Source: Nitrospirota bacterium (GTDB lineage: Bacteria; Nitrospirota; UBA9217). Taken from it: DNA of 64,000 nucleotides. The DNA is taken from the NCBI GenBank assembly GCA_963790205.1, contig CAWBNQ010000002.1:172502-236501 (forward strand), written 5' to 3'. Below, piece by piece: positions 18,592 to 28,112 of the stretch (position 1 is its first letter; each line of letters starts with the position of its first letter). Below the pieces are notes generated by a model, which ran no database searches, was not told where the DNA came from, and saw nothing but the letters and a program-made list of their open reading frames with translations. Made by a program: the position numbers and the translations under genes.

Positions 18592-21417
18592 ATGCTTTCT
18601 ATCACGAATGTCTCCACTGCCCAAGCTGGTTCCTACTATCAAAAGGATTCATACTACGCCGCCGAGCCCGGCGAATGGCAGGGTAGGGGCGCGGATGCAC
18701 TCGGCCTTCGGGGGGAAATAACTTACGACGATTTCAAAAGAGTGGTCCGGGGTTTCGATCCTCGCAATCCTGATATCGAGAAACCGTTTGTCGGTGACGG
18801 CGCCAACGGTACGCGGAGGGCCGGGACAGATTTAACTTTTTCCGCGGGAAAGGGGCTGTCCTTACAGGCACTTGTACATGGCGACATGAACATTACCCTG
18901 GCTCACCGCGAAGCCGTGTCCGCGACTCTGGATTACATTGAACAGCATTACGGACAGGTGCGTGAGATGACGGATGGCGTGTCCTCAAAAGTGTATACCG
19001 GTAACCTCGTCATCGCCAAGTTCGACCATTCTACCAGTCGCGAGCTGGACCCGCAGCTTCATACACACGCGCTCGTGCTTAATCTTTCGCAAAAAAAAGA
19101 CGGCTCATGGAGAGCGCTGTCGAATGAGAAGCTATACGAAGCGAAGATGTTTATCGGTCAGTATTACAGAAGCGAAGTCGCCGCACGAATTGTGGAGCAA
19201 GGCTATGCCATAGAGACCCAATTGGGCGGGCTGTTCGATCTCCGGGGCGTGGACGAGAAATTGAAAGAAGTATTCTCATCCCGGTCTGAACAAATTGACA
19301 ATAAAATGAACGAGCTCCGCAAGGACTATCCGAACGCCGCAGATCAGAAGCTCCGCGAGATGGCGGCCCTCGGTTCCCGCGTTGCAAAGCAGGACGTGGA
19401 CATGAGCATTGTCCGAGAGTTATGGAATGCACGACTCAGTGAACTTGGATACTCGAGGGAGGGCATTGACCAGGCAGTGAAGAGTAAAGCTCGGCGGGCC
19501 GAGGCGGGAAAAGACATATCTCAGCAGATGAGCAGTTACGATGCAGTGCGCACAGCGACCCGAATCATTACCGAGCAAGAGTCGGTTTTCACAAAAGAAG
19601 AATTGCTAAGGACTGCCGGGGCTCTCACCCTGGGGACTTTCCGCATTTCTGAACTCGAACGCATAACCCGCGGCATGGAGAAAAATGGTGAATTGATCAA
19701 GATGGGCAACGAATACACCACGGTGGAGATGAAGCGTATTGAGGCTCTGAACGTTCGACTCATGAAAACGGGCCAGGGGCAAGAAACGTCTATCATGAGC
19801 GAGGGTGAGGCCAAATCGTTGATTCAATCCAATTACCCCTACCTCACTCATGGCCAAGCGTCGGCATTTACGAACATACTCACGACGCATGACCGGATCA
19901 TCGGCGTCCAGGGCTACGCCGGAACAGGGAAAACAACGCTTTTCCACGCCATCCGGGAACAAGCGGAATCTCAAGGGTTGAAAATTCAGGGACTCAGCTT
20001 CACGGGTAAAGCAGCTGAAGAAATTCAAAAAAATTCCGGGATCACGAGCAGTACGATAGACTCTTTTTTTGCACGCGGCCAAAAGATGGAGTCTGACGCA
20101 ATCTATGTCGTGGATGAGGCCAGCATGATCGGCAGCCGTCACGTAAACCGGCTTGAACGAATGGCGATCGAAAGCAAGGCTCGCCTGGTTCTCTCCGGGG
20201 ATGCCAAACAGCTCCCGGCGATATCAGCAGGCTGTCCCTTCGCTGAATTGCAAAAAAATGGTATGAGCACCACGGTGATGGGGGAGATCGTCAGACAGAA
20301 GGATGGTGCCTATCGGGAGATCGTAAAGGACATCGTCGATGTAAAAATCGATAATGCCTTTGAAAAACTTGCCGCTCATGACAAGCTCAAAGTCATCCCG
20401 GACCGGGCCGAGCGGATCGAGGAGATAGTGAGAAGCTATACGAAAGACGAGGATTGGCGGAATACGATCATCACGACGCAATATAACGCAGACCGGGACG
20501 ACCTGAACGGAAAAATACGTGAGACCTTGCAAGAACGCGGAGAACTCGGCAGGCATGAAATTCGGGTTGCTGCGAGAGTCCCGAAATCGCTCTCGCCCCT
20601 CGAACACCACTTCGCCCAGTCATATCAACGGGGCGATCATATTTTTGCAAGATTTTCCGGGAGCGGGATGAGGGCCGGGGCCGAGGGGCAGATCGTCGGC
20701 ATAGACTCCCAGGCTCATACACTGTTCGTCGAGAAATCATTGTCAGGAGAAAAGGTCGAGATCGACCTCAAGACAGCGGGAGAGATGTTGACGGTATTTC
20801 AAGAGCAAAGGATCTCCCTTGCGCCCGGCGAGAAGGTCGTTTTTTTGAAAAACGACTCACAGCTCGGGCTTAAAAACGGGCAGACAGCTGAATTCAAGAA
20901 AGTTGATTCCGTGTCCGGGAAACTCATGTTCGAAAGAAACAGCGGAAGGGTCCAGTTTACCATCGAGGAATATAACTATCTGGACTATGGCTATGCCCGG
21001 ACAGTTCATAAGGGACAGGGAGTAACCGAGCGCAATGTCATCGTCCATGCCCCCGCAAACGGTCAAAGTTATAACAGCTTCTATGTGGGCGTGACCCGAG
21101 GACAGTATAACGTAAAAGTCTTCACGGACGACCGCCAGGCACTTGAGGCAAGGGTGAGGGAGGAAATCGAGAAAACATCCTCTTACCGTGAGCGGGAACG
21201 AGAGCAGGAAACAGGCCTATCAGATGAGCGAAAGGCCGACAGTATCAAAAAGGATCAGGGCCTGGCGGGAGAAGATACCATGCGTATTGATTCTGACATT
21301 CCCCCCGATTCCTTTAAATCGGACGAAGCAGGAAAGGAGGCCTCAAAGTCCTCGGGAGGGGCTGAAAAGGGCACTATCGCTCTTTCCCGGGGCAGGGAAA
21401 TCGAACTGGAGATGTAA
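18592..21417 (+). CDS. MOBF (TrwC/TraI-like) relaxase-helicase
   Basis: YY...YY N-terminus, DLTFSA, HSTSRELDPQLHTH, GYAGTGKT, VDEASM, YGYARTVHKGQG. Confidence 0.93.
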   Translation: MLSITNVSTAQAGSYYQKDSYYAAEPGEWQGRGADALGLRGEITYDDFKRVVRGFDPRNPDIEKPFVGDGANGTRRAGTDLTFSAGKGLSLQALVHGDMNITLAHREAVSATLDYIEQHYGQVREMTDGVSSKVYTGNLVIAKFDHSTSRELDPQLHTHALVLNLSQKKDGSWRALSNEKLYEAKMFIGQYYRSEVAARIVEQGYAIETQLGGLFDLRGVDEKLKEVFSSRSEQIDNKMNELRKDYPNAADQKLREMAALGSRVAKQDVDMSIVRELWNARLSELGYSREGIDQAVKSKARRAEAGKDISQQMSSYDAVRTATRIITEQESVFTKEELLRTAGALTLGTFRISELERITRGMEKNGELIKMGNEYTTVEMKRIEALNVRLMKTGQGQETSIMSEGEAKSLIQSNYPYLTHGQASAFTNILTTHDRIIGVQGYAGTGKTTLFHAIREQAESQGLKIQGLSFTGKAAEEIQKNSGITSSTIDSFFARGQKMESDAIYVVDEASMIGSRHVNRLERMAIESKARLVLSGDAKQLPAISAGCPFAELQKNGMSTTVMGEIVRQKDGAYREIVKDIVDVKIDNAFEKLAAHDKLKVIPDRAERIEEIVRSYTKDEDWRNTIITTQYNADRDDLNGKIRETLQERGELGRHEIRVAARVPKSLSPLEHHFAQSYQRGDHIFARFSGSGMRAGAEGQIVGIDSQAHTLFVEKSLSGEKVEIDLKTAGEMLTVFQEQRISLAPGEKVVFLKNDSQLGLKNGQTAEFKKVDSVSGKLMFERNSGRVQFTIEEYNYLDYGYARTVHKGQGVTERNVIVHAPANGQSYNSFYVGVTRGQYNVKVFTDDRQALEARVREEIEKTSSYREREREQETGLSDERKADSIKKDQGLAGEDTMRIDSDIPPDSFKSDEAGKEASKSSGGAEKGTIALSRGREIELEM

Positions 21418-21699
21418 TCCGACGCGCTGTGCCGCAAGGAAGAAACAGTCCGATGGAGGTCAAAAAGAGGTAGCGCTTAGCGTTGTTTCTTTGCGCTCGT
21501 CTTGTTCACACCCAACGCAACCTGTCGTTGCCTTGGGCGTTTACAAACATCAAAATTACAGACAAAATCCTCGAATTATCAACAGATTTGGCGTATACGC
21601 TCTTGTATACGTTAGCTCGAGAAAAAAGCGGTTTCAGCCGCGCCAGTACAGGCGTTAACGGCGTTAACCAAAATTTGACGAAGCATAATAGCGTGAAAC

Positions 21700-21731
21700 A
21701 TGTGGTGTGGCGTGCACCACATCACACCACA
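21700..21731. repeat. TGTGG/CCACA inverted-repeat cluster upstream of parM (parC/operator candidate)
   Basis: TGTGGTGTGGCGTGCACCACATCACACCACA; related copy at ~15733-15760. Confidence 0.45.
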
Positions 21732-21747
21732 ACAAACAGGAGGGACT

Positions 21748-22737
21748 ATGACTGCAATAGGAATTGACATGGGCAAATCTGCGGTGAAGTACGCAAGTGG
21801 AGCCGGGGTCGGGGAGATCCCCTCCTATGTTGCACGAGGGACTATTACCCGCGTTCTTCCGGCCCAAGGTAATGGGAACCGGTCGGTTTCGGTCAAAGTG
21901 GACGGTATCGATTGGCTGCTTGGAGAGGATGCGACAATGGGCACAAATTTCGTCTGGCAGACGGATGAAAACAAGGGAGGTGAAAGGAACCAGCTTTTCA
22001 TGCTGGCGGTCTTGGGCATGCTCGGTCTCAGCGAAGCCGATGTGGTGGTCGGGCTACCCGTCAGTCTGGCTGAAAATGAAAAGGTACGTGAGGCGGCCAA
22101 GAAGGCTTTCTCAGGTGAGAGGCAAACGATTGTCAACGGACGGGAAATGACATTCCGAATCAATGCCCGTGTGGTTGCTGAGCCGCTTGGGACGTATTTC
22201 AGTTTGGTTTTGGACGAACAGGCCCGGCCCCTCACTTCATCGCCCTTTTACCGGGACCAGATGGCAGTAGTCGATATCGGCTTCAGGACTGTGGATATAG
22301 TCACGCTTCGCTCCGGTAGGCTGGCAGCAGCGAAGGATTCAACGCTTTCCGGAACCGTGACCCTTTTCGAAAAGGCATGGAAGCTCTTGGAGCAAAACCA
22401 TGGCATGCTCAAGGCAAATGAACGCGTGAAGGTCTACGAAACAGCTACCAGAAACTTCGGAACATCTCATCTCAGCATTAACGGCGAATACGTATCGCAG
22501 GGTTTCTGGAGCGAGATCGTCAAACTGAAACGACAGCTTGCCCACGATATCGTGGATGAGGTCAGAGGTACTCTTGGCAATATCCGTCCCGATCACATTG
22601 TTGTGACCGGAGGAGGCGGTCTATTTCTGAAGGATGATCTGCTCGCTACTGAAAAGAGCCTGACAATACACCCAAACCCCAGGTTTGCAAATTCAATCGG
22701 TTTTTATCGCGCTGCGCTCGCCGGAGCCAGGAGGTAA
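21748..22737 (+). CDS. ParM/StbA actin-like partition ATPase
   Basis: IGIDMGKSAVK, VVGLP, VDIGFRTVD, VTGGGG, FANSIGFY; GGAGG RBS. Confidence 0.88.
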   Translation: MTAIGIDMGKSAVKYASGAGVGEIPSYVARGTITRVLPAQGNGNRSVSVKVDGIDWLLGEDATMGTNFVWQTDENKGGERNQLFMLAVLGMLGLSEADVVVGLPVSLAENEKVREAAKKAFSGERQTIVNGREMTFRINARVVAEPLGTYFSLVLDEQARPLTSSPFYRDQMAVVDIGFRTVDIVTLRSGRLAAAKDSTLSGTVTLFEKAWKLLEQNHGMLKANERVKVYETATRNFGTSHLSINGEYVSQGFWSEIVKLKRQLAHDIVDEVRGTLGNIRPDHIVVTGGGGLFLKDDLLATEKSLTIHPNPRFANSIGFYRAALAGARR

Positions 22738-22740
22738 GGG

Positions 22741-23151
22741 ATGCCGGACCTGCGTTTCCTCAATGTCCGCTTCAACCTCGATGCCCCGGACGAACAAGCT
22801 ATATTCAAAGCTTTAAACGCCTATCCAACCGGCGCAAGGAGTCAAGTGGTACGGAAGGCCCTGGCCGCATACTTGGGGATCGAGATCGGGACAGAGGAGA
22901 GCAGGGCAACTCAAATGCCTGCTCGTAAGTCCAAACCTTTGCAGACTCATGGTAGGGGAGGTACCAAGGCGCCAAAGACACATATCATTGAGCCGGCAGA
23001 GAGCTCAGGACCCGGTCAGGAAAAACATCGAGAAAAGCACCGTGAAGAACCGGCTCCTGAATCAGTGGTCGATTCTGCTCATGTCCAGGAAGGGGATGAA
23101 AGCGTTGACGAACGAGACGCGGTCAAAGGACTCCTTTCAATGTTGCATTGA
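22741..23151 (+). CDS. ParR-like adaptor
   Basis: Directly after parM; N-terminal RHH-like segment (RSQVVRKALAAYL), disordered linker, short C-terminal helix. Confidence 0.65.
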   Translation: MPDLRFLNVRFNLDAPDEQAIFKALNAYPTGARSQVVRKALAAYLGIEIGTEESRATQMPARKSKPLQTHGRGGTKAPKTHIIEPAESSGPGQEKHREKHREEPAPESVVDSAHVQEGDESVDERDAVKGLLSMLH

Positions 23152-23381
23152 AGAGGCGAGATGTAGGAAGAAGTAACGTTCTGGTTTGTGTTTCGTACTC
23201 TTGATGGGGATGTCAGACGAATCGAAGATGCCAATTACTTAAGATATGCTGAACCTTGTGGACATGGCTTCGCTTGACCGAGCCAGGGGACTTATCATAT
23301 CACACATTGTGGCGTCGCTTAACGGGTCCATTCGCGGGCCATGGGAGTCGCAGGCTTGAATTGCATGAAAAAGGAGCTTAG

Positions 23382-23750
23382 ATGAAGACGATTGGCGTAA
23401 GACTTGATGGAGAGGCAATACGAACTCTAAGAGACCGGGCTGTTGAGAACGGCCAGACGATATCTGAGACGGTCAGGTCAATCATCATGGATGCCCAGGA
23501 GCGCGAAAGATTGGAGTCGAGGCTGTCTACTATTGAGGTCAGACTCAATGGTCTGGTCGATGCTTTTCGGGAGATGGACGGCTTACGGCGCTTTCGGAGC
23601 CTCTACGCTCAAACAAAACGAACCACAATCGCCGTTGATGAACTTGTCCGCGCATTGCTTGGAGATCAGAAATACGCAGGCTGGAAGACGGTCGTGGACA
23701 AGGCTATGAAGGAAGCTGCTACCCAGGTAGTCTCAAAAATCGACAAATAG
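23382..23750 (+). CDS. Ribbon-helix-helix relaxosome accessory protein (TrwA-like position)
   Basis: MKTIGVRLD...GQTISETVRSII; upstream of the coupling protein; AAGGAG RBS. Confidence 0.65.
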   Translation: MKTIGVRLDGEAIRTLRDRAVENGQTISETVRSIIMDAQERERLESRLSTIEVRLNGLVDAFREMDGLRRFRSLYAQTKRTTIAVDELVRALLGDQKYAGWKTVVDKAMKEAATQVVSKIDK

Positions 23751-23764
23751 GAGGACAGGATAAC

Positions 23765-24025
23765 ATGAAACAGGCAACGGAAAAGTCCATAGAGGCGATG
23801 ACCAGGTGGGAATTTGGTGAGCATCTCCGCGTGCTCAGGCAGAAAAAAGGACTGAGCATGAAGAAACAGGCGGAAAGTCTTGGTGTTTCGGCCCAACAGC
23901 TTCAGAACCTTGAACACGGTGGTGTGGTCCAGCCGAAATATGGCACTGTCGTGAAGCTTTCACGGGCGTTCAGGATCAGGGAGAAACAGATATTGAAGGT
24001 CTTTTTTCACAAGGATACAAAATGA
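23765..24025 (+). CDS. XRE-family HTH protein
   Basis: LRQKKGLSMKKQAESLGVSAQQLQNLEHG. Confidence 0.8.
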   Translation: MKQATEKSIEAMTRWEFGEHLRVLRQKKGLSMKKQAESLGVSAQQLQNLEHGGVVQPKYGTVVKLSRAFRIREKQILKVFFHKDTK

Positions 24026-25893
24026 GTAAATTAAACAAGCCAAAAGCTTTTGAAGGTTTTGAAACCTGGCGGAATGGCCTCAAGATGACACTCAAGATGG
24101 CTTGTTTGGCTACTTGGATTGTCCTGTTCATGCAGATACTGATTCTCGTTCTCTTGTTTTTGGCATTTTTTACGAGAGAAGAGATCAAAGGATTCGGACA
24201 ATTTCTGATCAGCATATTGGTAAGCCAGCTCTGGCCGACTTTTGTTCTCCATTTTGTTACCTTTGGACATCACTGGAAGCCTCAGGCGGCAGAAGCGGAA
24301 GCCGTCCTCTCTAAGCTCTTGCGACCATTGATGCCGCGTGTCTGGACGGTTATCGGTACGTCGTTTATCACATGGTGCCTCTGGCCGGGTATTATCGGAT
24401 GGTTCCGAAGGCGATCTGAAAAGCAAAGTGGGCGCCGGCACGTCCGCGGTGCTCAGCTCATCCTTGAACGGGATATGATCATAAATTTGCGTAAATCATG
24501 CGAGCCGCTTGACATTCCTTTTGGAAGTAAAGTGAAGATGCCCCGGAGCTCGGAGGTCAAGCACGTATTCATGTGCGGGCGGCCGGGTGTCGGGAAGACA
24601 ACCCTTTATTTACAGGTGATCGAGCGGCTGATCGCACGCGGTGAAAAAATCATTATCTACGATTTTAAGGGCGATTATCTAACGCGCTTCTATAATGCTG
24701 ATCGTGACCTCATATTCAACCCTCTTGATGCTCGGGGGATCAAATGGAGCATTATGAAGGAATTGAAGTCGATCATGGATATTGAGAGCGTGGCAACTTC
24801 GCTGATCCCCCAGTCCATGGGGCAGGATGCTTTTTGGGACACGGCGGCGCGCTCGGTATTCGCCGCATGTCTTCTCGACCTTCACCGGCAGGGCATGCGA
24901 AAGAACAGTGACATCTGGAAAGCGGTGAGCGCACCTGCCCTGGAGATCGAAAAACGGCTTCGCGCCCCGGGGTGCGAGCGCGGGTATAGATTTATTGAGG
25001 ATGCAGACTCCAAGATGGCGAAAAGCGTGCTTGCCGTTCTCATGCAGTACGCGCAGACCTTTGAGCACATGGGCGACGACGAGGATGATTTTACCGTTGA
25101 TGCGTGGCTCACGAATGGAAAAGGCGGATGCATCTTTGTTACATCTTATGCCGAGGTCCAGGATTCGCTCAGGCCGGTTCTCTCATTATTTGTCGATCTT
25201 TTTGGGAGGCGGCTTCTGAGCCTCCCCGATGACCCTAACCGAAGGGTGTTCATACTGCTTGACGAATTCGGGACACTCCAACGGCTCAGTACTATTGTCA
25301 GGCTACTCACGCTCAGCCGGTCCAAGGGCGGTTCTGTCTGGCTTGGCATCCAGGACATCGGCCAGATCGACAAGACTTATGGTGAAAAGCACCGGCAGGC
25401 AATTGTGAATGCCTGCGGGACCTCGGCACTCTTTAGTGTCGCTGATCCAGATACCGCTGAATATCTCAGCAGAAAAATCGGAGATGCCGAGTACCTCGAA
25501 GCCGAACGCACACACTCCATGGGTGTTGCCGATAATCGGGACGGTCTCAATATCTGTGACGTAAAACGACAAGAGCGTCTAGTGCTGCCGTCTGAACTTT
25601 CGCGGCTTCCCGATTTTAAGTTCTACTTCAGCCTGCCGGGACAGCAGATCGTGCAGACGGATACTGCACGAAATGACATTTCTTATAAAGCCGAGCCGTT
25701 TGTGATGAGGGCAGGCCTGTCTCTCGATGAAACCCAGGCTGAATATCTTCGCATCGTCGCATTAGCCGAAACAGTGCGCCGCAGCGGAGACAAGGAGGCA
25801 GAGAAGGGGGGTGCGCTGAAACTCAAGGTCGATCAAGATAAAGTGAGGGATGAAAGTCGGGATATATCGGATGTCGAGGAGATGGATTTTTGA
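24022..25893 (+). CDS. Type IV coupling protein (TraD/TrwB-like)
   Basis: N-terminal TMs, GRPGVGKT, YDFKGDY, FNPLDAR, LDEFGTL, RSKGG, GIQDIGQ. Confidence 0.93.
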   Translation: MSKLNKPKAFEGFETWRNGLKMTLKMACLATWIVLFMQILILVLLFLAFFTREEIKGFGQFLISILVSQLWPTFVLHFVTFGHHWKPQAAEAEAVLSKLLRPLMPRVWTVIGTSFITWCLWPGIIGWFRRRSEKQSGRRHVRGAQLILERDMIINLRKSCEPLDIPFGSKVKMPRSSEVKHVFMCGRPGVGKTTLYLQVIERLIARGEKIIIYDFKGDYLTRFYNADRDLIFNPLDARGIKWSIMKELKSIMDIESVATSLIPQSMGQDAFWDTAARSVFAACLLDLHRQGMRKNSDIWKAVSAPALEIEKRLRAPGCERGYRFIEDADSKMAKSVLAVLMQYAQTFEHMGDDEDDFTVDAWLTNGKGGCIFVTSYAEVQDSLRPVLSLFVDLFGRRLLSLPDDPNRRVFILLDEFGTLQRLSTIVRLLTLSRSKGGSVWLGIQDIGQIDKTYGEKHRQAIVNACGTSALFSVADPDTAEYLSRKIGDAEYLEAERTHSMGVADNRDGLNICDVKRQERLVLPSELSRLPDFKFYFSLPGQQIVQTDTARNDISYKAEPFVMRAGLSLDETQAEYLRIVALAETVRRSGDKEAEKGGALKLKVDQDKVRDESRDISDVEEMDF

Positions 25894-26113
25894 TGAAGCA
25901 TGTATGAAATGCGACAGATTTCTTCGATGTTTCTCCAGTGGCTTATCCTACGATCGAGTTTATTTCTCATATCAGACCGCCTTTCGCGCCCATTCTCGTT
26001 CCTTTGCTACATGGTCATCTCCCACGTAGTTTTTCCATCTCTTCTCTGGACTTTTAAAGCTACTTATAGTAATGTTTTGAAATATTAGTAGAAGTATGCG
26101 CGGGGGGAGGAGC

Positions 26114-26467
26114 ATGACTGCTTTCGAATCCATCCAGAAAAAGATCATCTCATTCCGGAACGAGCGTGATTGGCGGCAATTCCACGATCCCAAGAACCTC
26201 GCCGAAGCCCTTTCCATTGAAGCGGGGGAACTGCTTGAAAACTTCCTATGGAAGACGACCGAGCAGTCCCGCAACCTCACCGCAGAAGAACTCAAGAACG
26301 TAAAAGAAGAACTGGCTGATATTTTTATCTTTCTCACTTACCTTAGTGAAGAGTATAAAATCGATTTGATGGAAATGGTGGAAAAGAAAATAGCAAAGAA
26401 TGAAGAAAAATATCCGGTTGAGAAGGCAAGGGGTTCAGCAAAGAAGTATACAGCATTTTCTTTGTAA
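26114..26467 (+). CDS. MazG-like nucleotide pyrophosphohydrolase
   Basis: ERDWRQFHDPKNLA, EAGELLE, EELADI, KNEEKYP. Confidence 0.88.
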   Translation: MTAFESIQKKIISFRNERDWRQFHDPKNLAEALSIEAGELLENFLWKTTEQSRNLTAEELKNVKEELADIFIFLTYLSEEYKIDLMEMVEKKIAKNEEKYPVEKARGSAKKYTAFSL

Positions 26468-26519
26468 GGTGCGATTTCCATATAATGATCATGATACTCA
26501 GTAGAGGAGGGTCTTAAGA

Positions 26520-27623
26520 GTGAATAACGCAAGTGACGTTGTTAAAAACGATGAGTCTGTTGTGGATGATGAAGCCGCAACGGATACTGCTGTCAAGCCA
26601 ATTGTTTATAACATTACAAGCTATGGTGCTGACTATGATGTGCGTGGTCTTGTTGACAGACTTGTCAAAGGAGATATTATTGTACCTCCTTTTCAGCGGG
26701 CCTACGTATGGAAGCAAACGGATGCATCTTCTTTTATTGAATCATTGCTGCTCGGTTTGCCTGTTCCTGGCATTTTTCTTTCAACTGAAAAGGAAGCAAA
26801 CAAGCTGTTAGTCATAGATGGTCAGCAAAGATTGCGGACTTTGCAATTTTTTTATAGCGGTTTTTTTGATCCAAAGCCGACTGAAGAAAAAAAGAAAATA
26901 TTCAAATTGGTTGAGGTTCAGCCACAATTTGAGGGAAAAACATATGAGACATTGTCAGAAAAGGATAAAAGGCGTTTAGATAATGCAATACTTCATGCAA
27001 CGATTATCAAGCAAGAAACACCGCTTGATGGTGACACTAGTATATATCACATTTTCTATAGATTGAATGCGGGTGGTATGATCCTGAAGCCACAGGAAAT
27101 ACGAAGGGCGGCTTTTCACGGGCCTCTGCTTGACAAAATAACAGAACTTAATAGTCATGCTGCGTGGAGAGAGATTTTTGGCAAGGTGAACAAAAGACTT
27201 AAAGACGAAGAGCTTATTTTGAGATTCATCGCGTTATATTTTGACGCCAATACATATACAAAACCAATGGAGGAATTCTTAAACAGCTTTGCATCAGGAC
27301 ATAACAAACCTCCAGTAGAATTCCTTAAAAATATAGAAAAAATATTTTTGGATACTATTGATATGGCTCATAAAACACTTGGAGCAAAATCGTTCCGTGT
27401 TGTACGGGCAATAAATGCTGCGGTTTTTGACTCGATCATGGTTGGCTTAGCGCGAAGATTGAATCAGGGACCTATTACTGACATTGCGAGTTTAAAAGAT
27501 GCCTATGAAACGTTAATGAAGAATCCAGAGTATTTAAAAGCAACATCAAAAGGAACATCGGATGAGGCAACTGTGGCGTTTAGATTAGATCTGAGTACAA
27601 AGGCCTTTTCGCAAATAAAATGA
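26520..27623 (+). CDS. DUF262 (ParB/GmrS-like) protein
   Basis: PPFQRAYVW, IESLLLGLP, IDGQQRL, IFYRLN. Confidence 0.88.
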   Translation: MNNASDVVKNDESVVDDEAATDTAVKPIVYNITSYGADYDVRGLVDRLVKGDIIVPPFQRAYVWKQTDASSFIESLLLGLPVPGIFLSTEKEANKLLVIDGQQRLRTLQFFYSGFFDPKPTEEKKKIFKLVEVQPQFEGKTYETLSEKDKRRLDNAILHATIIKQETPLDGDTSIYHIFYRLNAGGMILKPQEIRRAAFHGPLLDKITELNSHAAWREIFGKVNKRLKDEELILRFIALYFDANTYTKPMEEFLNSFASGHNKPPVEFLKNIEKIFLDTIDMAHKTLGAKSFRVVRAINAAVFDSIMVGLARRLNQGPITDIASLKDAYETLMKNPEYLKATSKGTSDEATVAFRLDLSTKAFSQIK

Positions 27624-28111
27624 AAAATCAGGAACTGTCGCGGCAATTACAGCGACTTGCTGGATTGATAGATAAAACTTCAATGGCCTGCAATGGCGAT
27701 TTGGAACTTCAATCGCATTGGGCGAAGTATCTCTGTGTTTTATGCGCGGGTTTTCTCGAAAATGCATTGACAGAAACTTATTCGGAATATGCCAGGGTAT
27801 CGGCTAATGAAGCAGTCTCAGGTTATGTTTCAAGACAACTCGATCGGATTCAAAACCCAAATATACAGAAAATACTTAGCACAACCTATCAGTTTAAAAA
27901 AGCCTGGGGTGATACTCTTGATGAATATATTTCACAAGACGGAAGAAAAGAGGCCATCGAGGCTATAATGAAAAATAGACACAAAATAGCCCATGGTGAA
28001 GATTCCGGTATTACTATCTTGAGGATTAAAGAGTATTTGCCGAAGATAGTCCAGGTCGTAGAATTTATGGAGTTACAGTGTTCGCCAAATACACCGGCTC
28101 AGTGTAGATGA
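27620..28111 (+). CDS. HEPN-domain putative RNase (MAE_28990/RiboL-PSP-like)
   Basis: RHKIAHG (Rx4H) and N-terminal GFLE; ATGA overlap with the DUF262 gene. Confidence 0.8.
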   Translation: MKNQELSRQLQRLAGLIDKTSMACNGDLELQSHWAKYLCVLCAGFLENALTETYSEYARVSANEAVSGYVSRQLDRIQNPNIQKILSTTYQFKKAWGDTLDEYISQDGRKEAIEAIMKNRHKIAHGEDSGITILRIKEYLPKIVQVVEFMELQCSPNTPAQCR

Positions 28112-28112
28112 T

